From assembly GCA_009842505.1 (NCBI GenBank), contig VYFG01000103.1, positions 2,214-66,213 of the forward strand: 64,000 nt of DNA, written 5' to 3'. How positions within the stretch are numbered: position 1 is the stretch's first letter; each line of letters begins with the position of its first letter. Shown piece after piece: positions 11,740 to 21,270 of this stretch. Source of the DNA: Gammaproteobacteria bacterium (GTDB taxonomy: Bacteria > Pseudomonadota > Gammaproteobacteria > Arenicellales > Poriferihabitantaceae). The notes under the pieces are model-generated. The model was given only the letters and a program-made list of their open reading frames with translations. It made no database searches and had not been told where the DNA came from. A program made the position numbers and the translations under genes.

Positions 11740-14022
11740 GTGGACAATCGGTGGAGGCCGGATTGTTTGACCGCTGACAACAAGATAGGCGCGCCCTTGG
11801 CCTCATTGCTGAGAAACGCCCTCATCCTGGTGAGCTGCCTGCTGCTCGTGCTGGCGGTAACGCCCAACCTTGCCCAGGATTACGGCCTGGTCGGCGACGC
11901 CGGCAGCACGGAGGTTTCGGAGGTATCCGTCGACCCGGCCGAACCCGATCCCGACGAGGTCTCCTACAACCAGGAACTGATCAGCGACTGGCAGGAAACC
12001 CGGACGAACCTGCTCGGCGAAAAGCTCTCGAGGCTGCTGCGCAAGACCCCGGACTATCCCCAGGACTTCTCCCGGGCGATGTCCAGGGCCGCCATGCCCG
12101 AGGCCGGCTGGGGCGGGCTCAAGGTGGTGCTGACCATACTGGTGGTGACCGTCATCGGCCTTGCGCTGGAGCAGGTCACCACCCGCAAGCTGCTTTCCCG
12201 CCTCTACGCCTACGTGCAACCCAGGGAAAAGACCGTCCTCCTCAAGCTCCGCTTCATCCTGATCCGGCTCATCATCCAGCTGACCGGTGTCGCCGTCCTG
12301 GCCCTGGCGACCTTTGCCATGGTCATCTATACCCGTCACGACAACCCGTATTTCGAGCTCCTGTCCACCGAATGGGTCGGGGCGCTGGTCATGGTGCGGC
12401 TCTGGATGGTCCTGCTTCGGAACATCTTCTCGCCGAACCGCCACGGGCTGCGTCCCATTCCGCTGGACGATGCCTCCTCGCGCCAGCTCTACCGGTGGTT
12501 CACCGCCTTCTTCGCCATCATCGAGTTCAGTAACGGGCTGCTCGTCTACCTGACCCGGGCAGGCATGAGCGAGATCCAGATCAACGGACTGCTGATTCCC
12601 TATACCCTGGCCCTCAACCTGATCATCCTGAGCCGGTTCTGGGTCATGCGGCACAAGATCACCGCGATGTTCACCTCGGAAGGGCCGGACAACGGCCCGG
12701 CCGGGTTCACCACCGGGTTCCTGCAGGCCTTCTGGCCGTTCATCTTCACCGCCTGGCTGCTCATCCTCTGGTCGCTGTGGCTGTACAAGGTCTTCCTCGG
12801 GTACTGGGAAGAGGCGGAATATCTCACCATCAGCTGGTGGATCACCCTCGCGTTCTTCGTCGCGGACCGGATCTTCTACCGCCTGATTGGGAACGTCACC
12901 AGGATCCAGTGGCTGCACAGTCCAACCTTCGAGATGCGCTCGCGCAGATTCATCCGGATTGTCCAGAACGGCTTTCGCCTGCTGATGATCGCCGTGGCGG
13001 TGTACATGTTCAGCCTGGCCTGGGGGCTGTCTCCCGGCGTGCTGATGGAAAGCGGCTTCACCAACGAGGCCCTGGGTCAGGCCATCAACCTGCTGGTCAT
13101 TACCACCATTACCTACATCATCTGGGAATTCTTCAACGCCCTGATCGAGCGCAAGCTGCCCGAGGAGACGAACGACGCCTTCGCCACCCTGGAAGGGGAA
13201 GGGGGCGGAGCGGGGGCCACCAGGGCGGAGACTCTTCTGCCCCTGATGCGTACCCTGCTCACCGTCATCCTGTTCACCTTCGTGCTGCTGTCGGTACTCC
13301 ACTCCCTCGGGATTGCCATCACCCCGCTGCTCGCGGGCGCCGGGGTCGTGGGCATCGCCATCGGGTTCGGCGCCCAGAAACTGGTCCAGGACGTGCTGAG
13401 CGGCATCTTCTTCCTGGTGGACGACGCATTCCGGAAAAACGAATACATTGAAATTGAGGAGCTTCGCGGGACGGTGGAGAAGATCTCCCTGCGCTCGATG
13501 CAGCTGCGCCACCACCTCGGCGCCGTGCAGACGATCCCCTACGGGGAGATCCGGACCATCCGGAACCTGAGCCGTGACTGGATCACCATGAAACTCGAAC
13601 TGCGCCTGTCCTACGACACCGACATCGAGCAGGTGCGCAAGATCATCAAGAAGGTGGGGCAGTCCATGCTGGAGGACCCGGTGATCGGACAGAATTTCAT
13701 CCTGCCGCTCAAATCCCAGGGCGTCATGCGGGTGGAAGAGTCCGCGCTGATCGTGCGCATGAAGTTCACCGCGAAACCGGGCGAGCAGTGGGTGATCCGG
13801 CGCGAGGCCTACCGGCGCGTGCGTGATGCACTGGCCGCCGGGGGCATCTTCTTTGCCCACCGGGAAGTCCGCGTCCGCCTGCCGGAGGACCAGGTCGCCA
13901 ACGCCAGCCCGGAAGAAGTCAAGGAAGCCCTGACCCAGGGCGCCGCGGCGGCGGACAGCGCCGAATCAGTAGCGGAGCAGGCCAAGCGCCTCGGCAAGAT
14001 CGATTACAGCGACGAGATGTAG
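11740..14022 (+). CDS. mechanosensitive ion channel family protein (large MscK/MscM-like, MscS domain at the C-terminus)
   Basis: Multiple TM segments followed by GAGVVGIAIGFGAQKLVQDVLSGIFFLVDDAFR...G.VEKISLRS..LR. Start is uncertain: GTG 11740, or a TTG near 11797 giving the signal-like ASLLRNALILVSCLLLVLA. Confidence 0.88.
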   Translation: MDNRWRPDCLTADNKIGAPLASLLRNALILVSCLLLVLAVTPNLAQDYGLVGDAGSTEVSEVSVDPAEPDPDEVSYNQELISDWQETRTNLLGEKLSRLLRKTPDYPQDFSRAMSRAAMPEAGWGGLKVVLTILVVTVIGLALEQVTTRKLLSRLYAYVQPREKTVLLKLRFILIRLIIQLTGVAVLALATFAMVIYTRHDNPYFELLSTEWVGALVMVRLWMVLLRNIFSPNRHGLRPIPLDDASSRQLYRWFTAFFAIIEFSNGLLVYLTRAGMSEIQINGLLIPYTLALNLIILSRFWVMRHKITAMFTSEGPDNGPAGFTTGFLQAFWPFIFTAWLLILWSLWLYKVFLGYWEEAEYLTISWWITLAFFVADRIFYRLIGNVTRIQWLHSPTFEMRSRRFIRIVQNGFRLLMIAVAVYMFSLAWGLSPGVLMESGFTNEALGQAINLLVITTITYIIWEFFNALIERKLPEETNDAFATLEGEGGGAGATRAETLLPLMRTLLTVILFTFVLLSVLHSLGIAITPLLAGAGVVGIAIGFGAQKLVQDVLSGIFFLVDDAFRKNEYIEIEELRGTVEKISLRSMQLRHHLGAVQTIPYGEIRTIRNLSRDWITMKLELRLSYDTDIEQVRKIIKKVGQSMLEDPVIGQNFILPLKSQGVMRVEESALIVRMKFTAKPGEQWVIRREAYRRVRDALAAGGIFFAHREVRVRLPEDQVANASPEEVKEALTQGAAAADSAESVAEQAKRLGKIDYSDEM

Positions 14023-14032
14023 AGATCTGCCC

Positions 14033-14053
14033 GGGACGGTCCGGCACCGTCCC
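14033..14053 (+). terminator. stem-loop after the channel gene (GGGACGGT-ccggc-ACCGTCCC)
   Basis: Perfect 8-bp stem 11 nt after the stop codon. There is no U-tract, so intrinsic-terminator status is doubtful. Confidence 0.3.
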
Positions 14054-14196
14054 TGCCCCGTTCCCCTGCAAATCGGGCATATCACCGGAAAAAGCCGGGT
14101 TGCCCGGCGGGGATGTCACGGCGATAATCCCTTCTTCCCAGCCCGTGATGGTACCCATTGCACCGGGCAGCCCCTTTGACACACCAGGTGATTTCC

Positions 14197-15558
14197 ATGA
14201 ACGCCCCCCTGACCGCCCCAAGTAATGCCGCCCTGCTGGCCAGAGACCACCAGCACATGATCCACCCGCTCCACCATACCGCCGGCCACAATGAAGGGCG
14301 GGTCTGGGTCCGGGGGGAAGGATCCTTCCTGGTGGACGCGGACGGCAACCGCATCATCGACGGCCTGTCCTCGCTGTGGAATGTCAGTGCGGGACACAGC
14401 CGCAAGGAACTGGCCGAAGCCGCCTACCGGCAGATGAGCGAACTGGCCTTCTCCTCGTGCTATGCCGGCAGCTCCAACCGGCCCGCCATCGAACTGGCGG
14501 AGCGCCTCTCGGCAATCGCCTATCCGAACATCAATAATTTCTACTTCACCTCCGGCGGCGGCGAGTCCACCGACAGTAACATCAAGCTGGCACGGTCCTA
14601 CTGGAAGGCGAAAGACAAACCGGAGAAAACCAAGGTGATCTCCCGGGTGCTGGGCTACCACGGCGTGACCCTGGCAGCGATGTCCTGCACCGGCATCGCG
14701 AGCTACTGGCCGGCGTTCGAGCCCCGGGTCCCGGGCATCAGCCACATTCCCTCGCCGGACCCGTACCATTACCCGAAGCCCGAAGACGGCTCCTCCCAGG
14801 GAATCGCCGCGGCCAACGAACTCGAAAGGGAAATACTCCGCCAGGGGCCGGAGACGGTGGCCATGTTCATCGCCGAACCCGTACAGGGCGCGGGTGGCGT
14901 CATCGTCCCCCAGGACGACTACTTCGGCCGCATCCGGGAAATCTGCGACCAGTACGAGGTGCTCCTAGTCACCGACGAGGTCATCACCGGGTTCGGCCGC
15001 ACCGGCAGGATGTTCGCCCTGGAGCATTACGGCGTACAGCCGGACCTCATGCAGTTCGCCAAGTCCATCACGTCCGGGGCCCTGCCCCTGGGCGGCATCG
15101 GCATCAGCGACGAGATCACCGAGACCATCCGCGGCGGCGACAAGCCGTGGATGCACGCCTATACCTACAGCGGGCACCCCACCCCCTGCGCCGTGGGCCT
15201 GGCCACCCTGGACATCATCGAGGCCGAAGACCTTCCCGGGCAAGCGGCCTCCAACGGGGAGGCCATGCTGCGGAAATACCGGGAGGCACTTGAAGATCAC
15301 CCCCACGTGGGCAACATCCGCGGCAAGGGCATGATGCACGGCATCGAGATCGTGAAGGACAAGGCCACCAAGGAGTGGTTCGAGCCCTCGTACGGCCTTG
15401 GCGCCAAGCTCACCAAGGCCATGCTGGACCGGGGTCTTTACACCCGCGTCCGCAGCGAGGTGATCTGCAGCGCACCGCCCCTCAACACGGACGTCGCCAC
15501 CCTGGACCGCATGGTGGAAATCGTGCGCGACGCCATCGTGGACGTCGTGGGCTCCTGA
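14197..15558 (+). CDS. class III (omega-type) PLP aminotransferase
   Basis: Typical pattern ..GLSSLWNVSAGH.., FIAEPVQGAGGVIVP, LLVTDEVITGFGRTG, FAKSITSG. Start is ATG 14197. Confidence 0.88.
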   Translation: MNAPLTAPSNAALLARDHQHMIHPLHHTAGHNEGRVWVRGEGSFLVDADGNRIIDGLSSLWNVSAGHSRKELAEAAYRQMSELAFSSCYAGSSNRPAIELAERLSAIAYPNINNFYFTSGGGESTDSNIKLARSYWKAKDKPEKTKVISRVLGYHGVTLAAMSCTGIASYWPAFEPRVPGISHIPSPDPYHYPKPEDGSSQGIAAANELEREILRQGPETVAMFIAEPVQGAGGVIVPQDDYFGRIREICDQYEVLLVTDEVITGFGRTGRMFALEHYGVQPDLMQFAKSITSGALPLGGIGISDEITETIRGGDKPWMHAYTYSGHPTPCAVGLATLDIIEAEDLPGQAASNGEAMLRKYREALEDHPHVGNIRGKGMMHGIEIVKDKATKEWFEPSYGLGAKLTKAMLDRGLYTRVRSEVICSAPPLNTDVATLDRMVEIVRDAIVDVVGS

Positions 15559-15711
15559 CGGCAACCGGACCCCGGGGGTTCATCCAGGGCAGGATTACCG
15601 GACACGCAGTCCCGGGATCCGCTGACAACCCGGGCAGCCGGGCCCTGCCGGGGCTTTGGCGCCCCGCCGGCCAGCCCGGAAATCAGTGCCGGGGCTTTTC
15701 CCGCCGCAGGA

Positions 15712-15927
15712 TCACAATGGTTCCGGGTCATAGGCGAACCGGGGCACCTCGGCCCCGTCCACCGTCACCGGCTCAACAAACCCGGCCAGTGGCCGTACCC
15801 GCAATCCCCGGTCGCCGTGGCGCGGCCGGTAGACCACCAGTTCCTCCCCGGTCTCCGAATGGCGGGCAATCCCGATCACATCGTAGAAGTGGCCCTTGTG
15901 GTGGCGATACCTGCCGGCGCTGATCAT
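15712..15927 (-). CDS. DUF1653 domain protein
   Basis: MISAGRYRHHKGHFYDVIGIARHSETGEELVVYRP matches the DUF1653 core. I chose ATG 15927. Confidence 0.75.
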   Translation of the reverse strand: MISAGRYRHHKGHFYDVIGIARHSETGEELVVYRPRHGDRGLRVRPLAGFVEPVTVDGAEVPRFAYDPEPL

Positions 15928-15975
15928 GGGCTGTGTTCTACGGATTGACCGGGTACCGACAGCCGGGGCATGCAC

Positions 15976-16524
15976 TCAACCGAGCGGCGCAAAAAAACGC
16001 CCGTGCAGGCGGTACACCACGATATAGACTGCGACACCTACCGCCACGACTATCAGGTCGTTGCGCCTGCTGGCCGGGGCCGGCCTTTCCGTCTGGCGCC
16101 GCACCACGGACGCCCAGTCGAAGATTGACCAGAGCAGGAAGGCGCCGAACAGGATCAGGGATGCCCGGTCGCCGTTGGCGAGCACGTGAACCAGGGCCCA
16201 GAGCAGCACCGAGATGATCATGGGGTGTCCCACCAGCCGCCGGATGTTGCTGGGCACATAGGCAGCCACCAGCAGGATAAACGCCGGCAGCATGACGACC
16301 TTCGAAAAGAGCAGGCTGAACGCCGGGGGATCGAACACGGGATCATGGGGTACATCCCTCCATCCGTAGAGCATAAAAACGAAGCCGATGGCGGAAGTCA
16401 GCGAGAACGCGGTCTTGTAGCCCGCCTCCCCCAGCATGTCGACCAGCCGCTGGCGCGGGCCGACGAACGCCGGAAGCAGGTGGATCCCGAAGAAAAGCAC
16501 AATGCCGGTGATGAGCAAACCCAT
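15976..16524 (-). CDS. NnrU family membrane protein
   Basis: Polytopic protein of about 180 aa. GIHLLPA, the HPM..S..LWA..H...NGD pattern and the C-terminal TM are typical of NnrU. Confidence 0.75.
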   Translation of the reverse strand: MGLLITGIVLFFGIHLLPAFVGPRQRLVDMLGEAGYKTAFSLTSAIGFVFMLYGWRDVPHDPVFDPPAFSLLFSKVVMLPAFILLVAAYVPSNIRRLVGHPMIISVLLWALVHVLANGDRASLILFGAFLLWSIFDWASVVRRQTERPAPASRRNDLIVVAVGVAVYIVVYRLHGRFFAPLG

Positions 16525-16644
16525 GGAATCACGACCTCCAACCCGGATAAGTGTGTGCCTCTCATTCTACCCCATGTCCCGGCCGTCCCGGGCGATGCAC
16601 ACCGGTCTGGCCCCTGGTCTTGTCCACCAGCCACCCAAGCTGGC

Positions 16645-17487
16645 ATGCTCCGGCTGCACACACCCTGGATGCATACATTGTCCGGCCAGTTCACGAAACC
16701 CCAACCTGCCGTCAACCTGGACCGGTATCCGATCCACCGGCCCGATTCCGCGGACTGCCGGAACCTGGTGGCCCGGCTCCGCCGCCAGCTCGACTCGCGG
16801 CAGTATTGCCAGTTGCCGGAATTTCTCAGGCATCCGGCGAGGCGGGAAGAGGTCGGCCGTGTCCTGGGCGTACTGCCACGGGCCCACGCGGCCAATTCAC
16901 TGCGCAACATCTATCTGGAACGCAGCCCCTCGCCGGAGCTGCCGGCCGATCACCCGCGGAACCTCCTCAACCCGGCCAGCTACCGCATGGTGGGGGCCCA
17001 CCTGCTGCCGGAGGACTCCGCCCTCAGGCAGATCTACCTCTGGCCGGCATTCCGGCGTTTCGTCGAGGATGTCACCGGCAGCGGCACCCTGTACCCCAGC
17101 GCGGACCCCTACCAGCCAGTCAATGTCCTGTGCCACGGCGAGGGAGACCGGTCCGCGTGGCACTTCGATTCCGACAACGCCTTCACCATGACCCTCATGC
17201 TGCAGGCCCCTGACGACGGGGGGGTGTTCGAAATCCTGCCGAACTGCAGGTCCGACGCCGATCCCAACATCGAGGGGCTCCGCCGTCTCCTCCGGGACGA
17301 CAGGACCGGGGTCGAGACCATCGACCGGGAGGAAGGCTCGCTGATGATGTTCCGCGGCTGCCACAGCGCGCACCGGGTCACGCCGGTCAGGGGGTCCCGC
17401 ATCCGCATGATGGGCGTCATGGTCTATGAAAGCGCCCCGGGGGTGATCGGGGATCCCGTGGTCAACGCCACGGTCTACGGCGTATAG
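16645..17487 (+). CDS. putative 2OG-Fe(II) oxygenase superfamily protein
   Basis: H-x-D (AWHFDSD) and a distal His/Arg (SAHRVTPV) with appropriate spacing. The N-terminal 150 aa of the track ORF overlap nnrU antisense and were dropped. Start is ATG 16645 or 16669. Confidence 0.55.
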   Translation: MLRLHTPWMHTLSGQFTKPQPAVNLDRYPIHRPDSADCRNLVARLRRQLDSRQYCQLPEFLRHPARREEVGRVLGVLPRAHAANSLRNIYLERSPSPELPADHPRNLLNPASYRMVGAHLLPEDSALRQIYLWPAFRRFVEDVTGSGTLYPSADPYQPVNVLCHGEGDRSAWHFDSDNAFTMTLMLQAPDDGGVFEILPNCRSDADPNIEGLRRLLRDDRTGVETIDREEGSLMMFRGCHSAHRVTPVRGSRIRMMGVMVYESAPGVIGDPVVNATVYGV

Positions 17488-17578
17488 CGCCGTGTCCTGT
17501 CGATAAGGAATAACCTGCAAGACGCCGGGGCCCCGGAGAATGCGGGCATGGCCGGATTCCGGCCCCTGCGATGGGGGC

Positions 17579-19234
17579 TCAGTTCCCCGCTGACTGCATG
17601 CCGCCCTTTTCGCGCCGCTCCGCCACCACCCGGTCCATCCAGTCCGGGTCCATCTCCGGCACCGAGGACAGCAGCAGCTCGGTGTACTCGTGGTGGGGCG
17701 GGTTGAAGATTTCCTCCTTGGGCCCCTGCTCCACGATCTCGCCCTGGAGCATGACGATGACCTCGTCGGCGATGGCGCGCACGGTGGCGAGATCGTGGGT
17801 GATGAACATGTACGCCAGGTTGAGATCCTGTTGCAGGTGGTCCAACAGCCGCAGGATACCTTCCGCCACCAGTTGGTCCAGGGCGGAAGTCACCTCGTCG
17901 CAGATGATGAACGACGGCTCCGCCGCCAGTGCCCGGGCAATGCAGATGCGCTGCTTCTGGCCGCCCGACAGCTCGCCCGGCAGGCGGTCGAGAAAAAGAT
18001 CGGGATCGAGTTCGATCATCTCCATCAGCTCCCGCAGGCGCCGTTCCTTCGCATCGCCCGTCATGCCGAGGTAGAACGACAGCGGACGGCCGACGATATC
18101 GCGGATGCGGTGCCTGGGATTCACCGCGGTATCCGGCATCTGGTAGATCATCTGCGCCTGGCGCAGCTGGTCCTTGGTGCGGCGATGGTAATCCCTGGGT
18201 AGTTCCTTGCCGTCGAAATACACCCTGCCCTGCTGGGGCGGCAGCAGGCCCGTGATCACCCGGGCGGCGGTGCTCTTGCCGCTGCCGGACTCCCCCACCA
18301 CGGCCACCGTGTGGCCCCTGTGGACCTCGAAGTCCACGCCGCGCAGCACCGGGACCAGACCGCGGGCATAGGTGGCCGTCACGTTCTCGACCTTCATGAG
18401 CGGCGTCGGCTCCGGCGGCGGCGCCACCTCCTCCTTGCGGAACGAGCGCACCGCCCAGAGCGACTTGGTATAGTCCTTCTGCGGGTCCGACAGCATCCTG
18501 CGGGTATCCGCATCCTCCACCGTCTCGCCGAACCGCAGCACCTTGATCCGGTCGGCCATCTGCGCCACCACCGCGAGGTCGTGGGTGATGTAGATCGCGG
18601 CGGTGTTGAACTGCTCCACGATGTCCCGGATCGTCACCAGCACCTCGATCTGGGTCGTGACGTCCAGGGCGGTGGTGGGCTCGTCGAAGATGATGAGGTC
18701 CGGCCGGCAGGACAGGGCCATGGCGGTCATCGCCCGCTGGAGCTGGCCGCCGGACACCTGGTGCGGGTAACGGAAGCCGATCCGGTCGGGATCCGGCAGC
18801 TTGATCCGGCCATACAGGTCCTTGGCATCGGCATAGGCCTGGTCGCGGGTGCCCTTCCCGTGCTCGATGACCATCTCGGAAAACTGGTCGATGAGCTTGT
18901 GCGCCGGGTTGAAGGACGCCGCCGCGCTCTGCGCCACGTAGGCGATGCGGGAGCCACGCAGCTTGCGTCTCCGAGATTCCGGCATGGTCGTCAGCTCCAT
19001 GCCGTCAAACCGGATGCTGCCGCCGTTGATACGGCATCCCGGCTTGGCATAGCCCATGGCGGCGATGCCGATCGTGGACTTGCCGGCGCCGGACTCCCCG
19101 ATCAGGCCGAGAATCTCGCCCCGGCTCAGGGTGATGTCCACCCCCTTGACGATCTGGTGCCACTGCTCGTCGCTGAAGCCCTCGATCATGAGGCCCTCCA
19201 TCTCGAGCAGTACGCCGTTGTTCTTCACGTTCAT
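17579..19234 (-). CDS. ABC transporter ATP-binding protein, fused double ATPase (DppD/DppF-like)
   Basis: Two Walker A sites ([18 protein letters not shown]), two LSGGQ signatures and two Walker B sites. Confidence 0.92.
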   Translation of the reverse strand: MNVKNNGVLLEMEGLMIEGFSDEQWHQIVKGVDITLSRGEILGLIGESGAGKSTIGIAAMGYAKPGCRINGGSIRFDGMELTTMPESRRRKLRGSRIAYVAQSAAASFNPAHKLIDQFSEMVIEHGKGTRDQAYADAKDLYGRIKLPDPDRIGFRYPHQVSGGQLQRAMTAMALSCRPDLIIFDEPTTALDVTTQIEVLVTIRDIVEQFNTAAIYITHDLAVVAQMADRIKVLRFGETVEDADTRRMLSDPQKDYTKSLWAVRSFRKEEVAPPPEPTPLMKVENVTATYARGLVPVLRGVDFEVHRGHTVAVVGESGSGKSTAARVITGLLPPQQGRVYFDGKELPRDYHRRTKDQLRQAQMIYQMPDTAVNPRHRIRDIVGRPLSFYLGMTGDAKERRLRELMEMIELDPDLFLDRLPGELSGGQKQRICIARALAAEPSFIICDEVTSALDQLVAEGILRLLDHLQQDLNLAYMFITHDLATVRAIADEVIVMLQGEIVEQGPKEEIFNPPHHEYTELLLSSVPEMDPDWMDRVVAERREKGGMQSAGN

Positions 19235-19244
19235 CGCCGGAATC

Positions 19245-20150
19245 CTAGTGCTCGTCCTTGAGGCCGCTGGTTTTGTGCAGGAACCAGTCCACCACGAAGT
19301 TGACGCCGATGGTGAGGATGGCGATGGCCGCGGCGGGCAGGAGGGGCACCAGTTCCCCGTAGGTGATCAGCGTGGAGGTGTCCCGCACCATGGAGCCCCA
19401 GTCCGCGGTAGGGGGCTGGATGCCGAGGCCGAGGAAGCTGAGAGCGCTGATGGTGAGGAAGACGAAACAGAACCGCAGGCCAAACTCCGCCACCAACGGC
19501 GGCATGATGTTGGGCAGGATCTCCCTGAGGGTGATCCAGCCGAGGCCCTCGCCGCGCAGGCGGGCGGACTCGATGAAGTCCATCACCACCACGTTGAGAC
19601 TCACCGCCCGGGCGATACGGAACACCCGGGTGGAGTCCAGCACCCCGATGATGATGATCAGGTTGACCACCGACGTGCCGAAGATGGTCAGGAGCAGCAT
19701 TGCGAAGATCAGCGCCGGAATCGCCATCAGCACGTCCACGGTGCGGCTGACAAGCTGGTCCATCCACCCCCCCAGGGTGGCCGCCAGGATGCCCAGGGTG
19801 CCCCCGAGCATGAACGCGAACACCGTGGTGACGAGCGCGATGCCGACGGTGTTGCGCGCGCCGTAGATCAGGCGGGTGAACATGTCGCGGCCCAGGTGGT
19901 CGGTGCCGAAGGGCGGCGCCTTTTCCGCCAGCTCGAACTGCGGCCCGATGATCTCGGACTCGCCGTAGGGCGCGATCACCGGCGCGAACAGTGCGACGAA
20001 GATATAGGTGACGATGATGATCAGCCCGATCTTGGCGCTGAACGGCGCCTTCTTCAGTTCGCGCCAGGCGACAGCAAGCCGCCCTTCGTCCCGCCGGGGC
20101 GGAGGCGGCATCGCATCCACGGATTCGAACTGGCTTTCGGGCTCGGTCAT
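19245..20150 (-). CDS. ABC transporter permease (DppC/OppC-like)
   Basis: MTEPESQ...GTDHLGRDMFTRLIYGARN... and the EAA-like region FIESARLRGEGLGWI. Its ATG overlaps the upstream stop (ATGA at 20147-20150). The track merges it into a 637-aa ORF. Confidence 0.9.
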   Translation of the reverse strand: MTEPESQFESVDAMPPPPRRDEGRLAVAWRELKKAPFSAKIGLIIIVTYIFVALFAPVIAPYGESEIIGPQFELAEKAPPFGTDHLGRDMFTRLIYGARNTVGIALVTTVFAFMLGGTLGILAATLGGWMDQLVSRTVDVLMAIPALIFAMLLLTIFGTSVVNLIIIIGVLDSTRVFRIARAVSLNVVVMDFIESARLRGEGLGWITLREILPNIMPPLVAEFGLRFCFVFLTISALSFLGLGIQPPTADWGSMVRDTSTLITYGELVPLLPAAAIAILTIGVNFVVDWFLHKTSGLKDEH

Positions 20151-21103
20151 TTCGGATGCAGAAGGCGCGGGTTGGTCAGGATGGACAGGATGTCCGCGAT
20201 CAGGTTGAGCAGCACGTAGGTGGCGGCGAAGATGAGACAGCAGGCCTGCACCACCGGCAGGTCGCGCCGCTGCACCGAGTCCACCAGGAGCTGCCCGAGG
20301 CCCGGGTACACGAACACCACCTCCACCACCACCACGCCCACGATCAGGTAGGCGAGGTTGAGGACGATGACATTGACGATGGGCGCCCAGGCGTTTGGCA
20401 GCGCGTGGTGGGTGATGATCCGGCGCCGGTTGATTCCCTTCAGCGCGGCCATTTCGATGTAGGGGCTTGCCAGCAGGTTGATGATGGCGGCCCGGGTCAT
20501 CCGCATCATGTGCGCCACCACCACCAGGGTCAGGGTCATGGCGGGCAGGAATGTCTTGTAGAGCCGTTCCGCGAACGGCGTGTCCGGGCTCACGTTGGCG
20601 AGGCTCGGAAACCATCCCAGCTTGACCGAGACCAGCAGGATCAGGATGTAGGCGACGAAGAATTCGGGCGTGGAGATGGACGACAGGGTCACCACGTTGA
20701 CGCTGCGGTCGTAGATGCTGTTGCGGTAGAGCGCGGCCAGAAGGCCAAGGATCAGCGCCAGGGGCACGGAAATCACCGCGGCGAACACCGCGAGGTGGAT
20801 GGTATTGACGAAGCGGCCCCCGAGCAGTTCCGAGATCTCGCGGCCGTTGGCGATGGAGGTGCCGAAGTCCCCCTGCAGGATGCCGCCCAGCCAGGTGAAA
20901 TACCGGATGTAGGGCGGCTGGTCCAGCCCCATCCGCTTGCGCAGTGCCTCGACGGTTTCCTCCGTCGCGGCCTGGCCCAGCATGGCCTGGGCGGCGTCCC
21001 CCGGCAGCATGCTGACCGCGAGAAAGATGATCACGGACACCACGAACAGCGTCAACAGCCCGAGGGACAGGCGCTGGATCAGCATTCGGAGGATATCTTT
21101 CAC
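20147..21103 (-). CDS. ABC transporter permease (DppB/OppB-like)
   Basis: MLIQRLSLGLLTLFVVSVIIFL...LPGD..Q..LG and SPYIEMAALKGINRRRII are typical of OppB/DppB. Confidence 0.9.
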   Translation of the reverse strand: MKDILRMLIQRLSLGLLTLFVVSVIIFLAVSMLPGDAAQAMLGQAATEETVEALRKRMGLDQPPYIRYFTWLGGILQGDFGTSIANGREISELLGGRFVNTIHLAVFAAVISVPLALILGLLAALYRNSIYDRSVNVVTLSSISTPEFFVAYILILLVSVKLGWFPSLANVSPDTPFAERLYKTFLPAMTLTLVVVAHMMRMTRAAIINLLASPYIEMAALKGINRRRIITHHALPNAWAPIVNVIVLNLAYLIVGVVVVEVVFVYPGLGQLLVDSVQRRDLPVVQACCLIFAATYVLLNLIADILSILTNPRLLHPK

Positions 21104-21148
21104 GCCGGTGACTTATGGTTTGCTTTTGGGCGTATCGCCAGGCCGGAT

Positions 21149-21231
21149 GCGCGGGCATTCGCCCGCGCCCGGGGAGTCGGCCGAATCTGGGCTCCGCGGC
21201 CCGGCGGCGGCATCAGCAACGCCGCCGCCGG
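21149..21231 (-). promoter_or_regulatory. two strong intercistronic stem-loops between the SBP and permease genes
   Basis: GCGCGGGC-attc-GCCCGCGC (21149-21168) and CCGGCGGCGGC-N9-GCCGCCGCCGG (21201-21231), read directly from the sequence. Confidence 0.45.
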
Positions 21232-21270
21232 TATACTAACCCAACCGCAGGGTCCGAGACAAAGCCCCGG

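Noticed and set aside
17525-17564. GC palindromes CCGGGGCCCCGG and GGCCGGATTCCGGCC between the convergent oxygenase and ABC ATPase genes, as a bidirectional terminator
   Set aside because: The stems leave almost no loop and there is no U/A tract on either side. The evidence is insufficient to call a terminator.
19245-21158. 637-aa single ORF in the track, and likewise 61659..63965 (768 aa)
   Set aside because: Each is a real gene plus an out-of-frame read-through of the upstream gene. Homology begins at MTEPESQ (ATG 20150) and at (V)SVLKTAVSP (GTG 63266) respectively. The upstream genes end at 20147 and 63281 in other frames.
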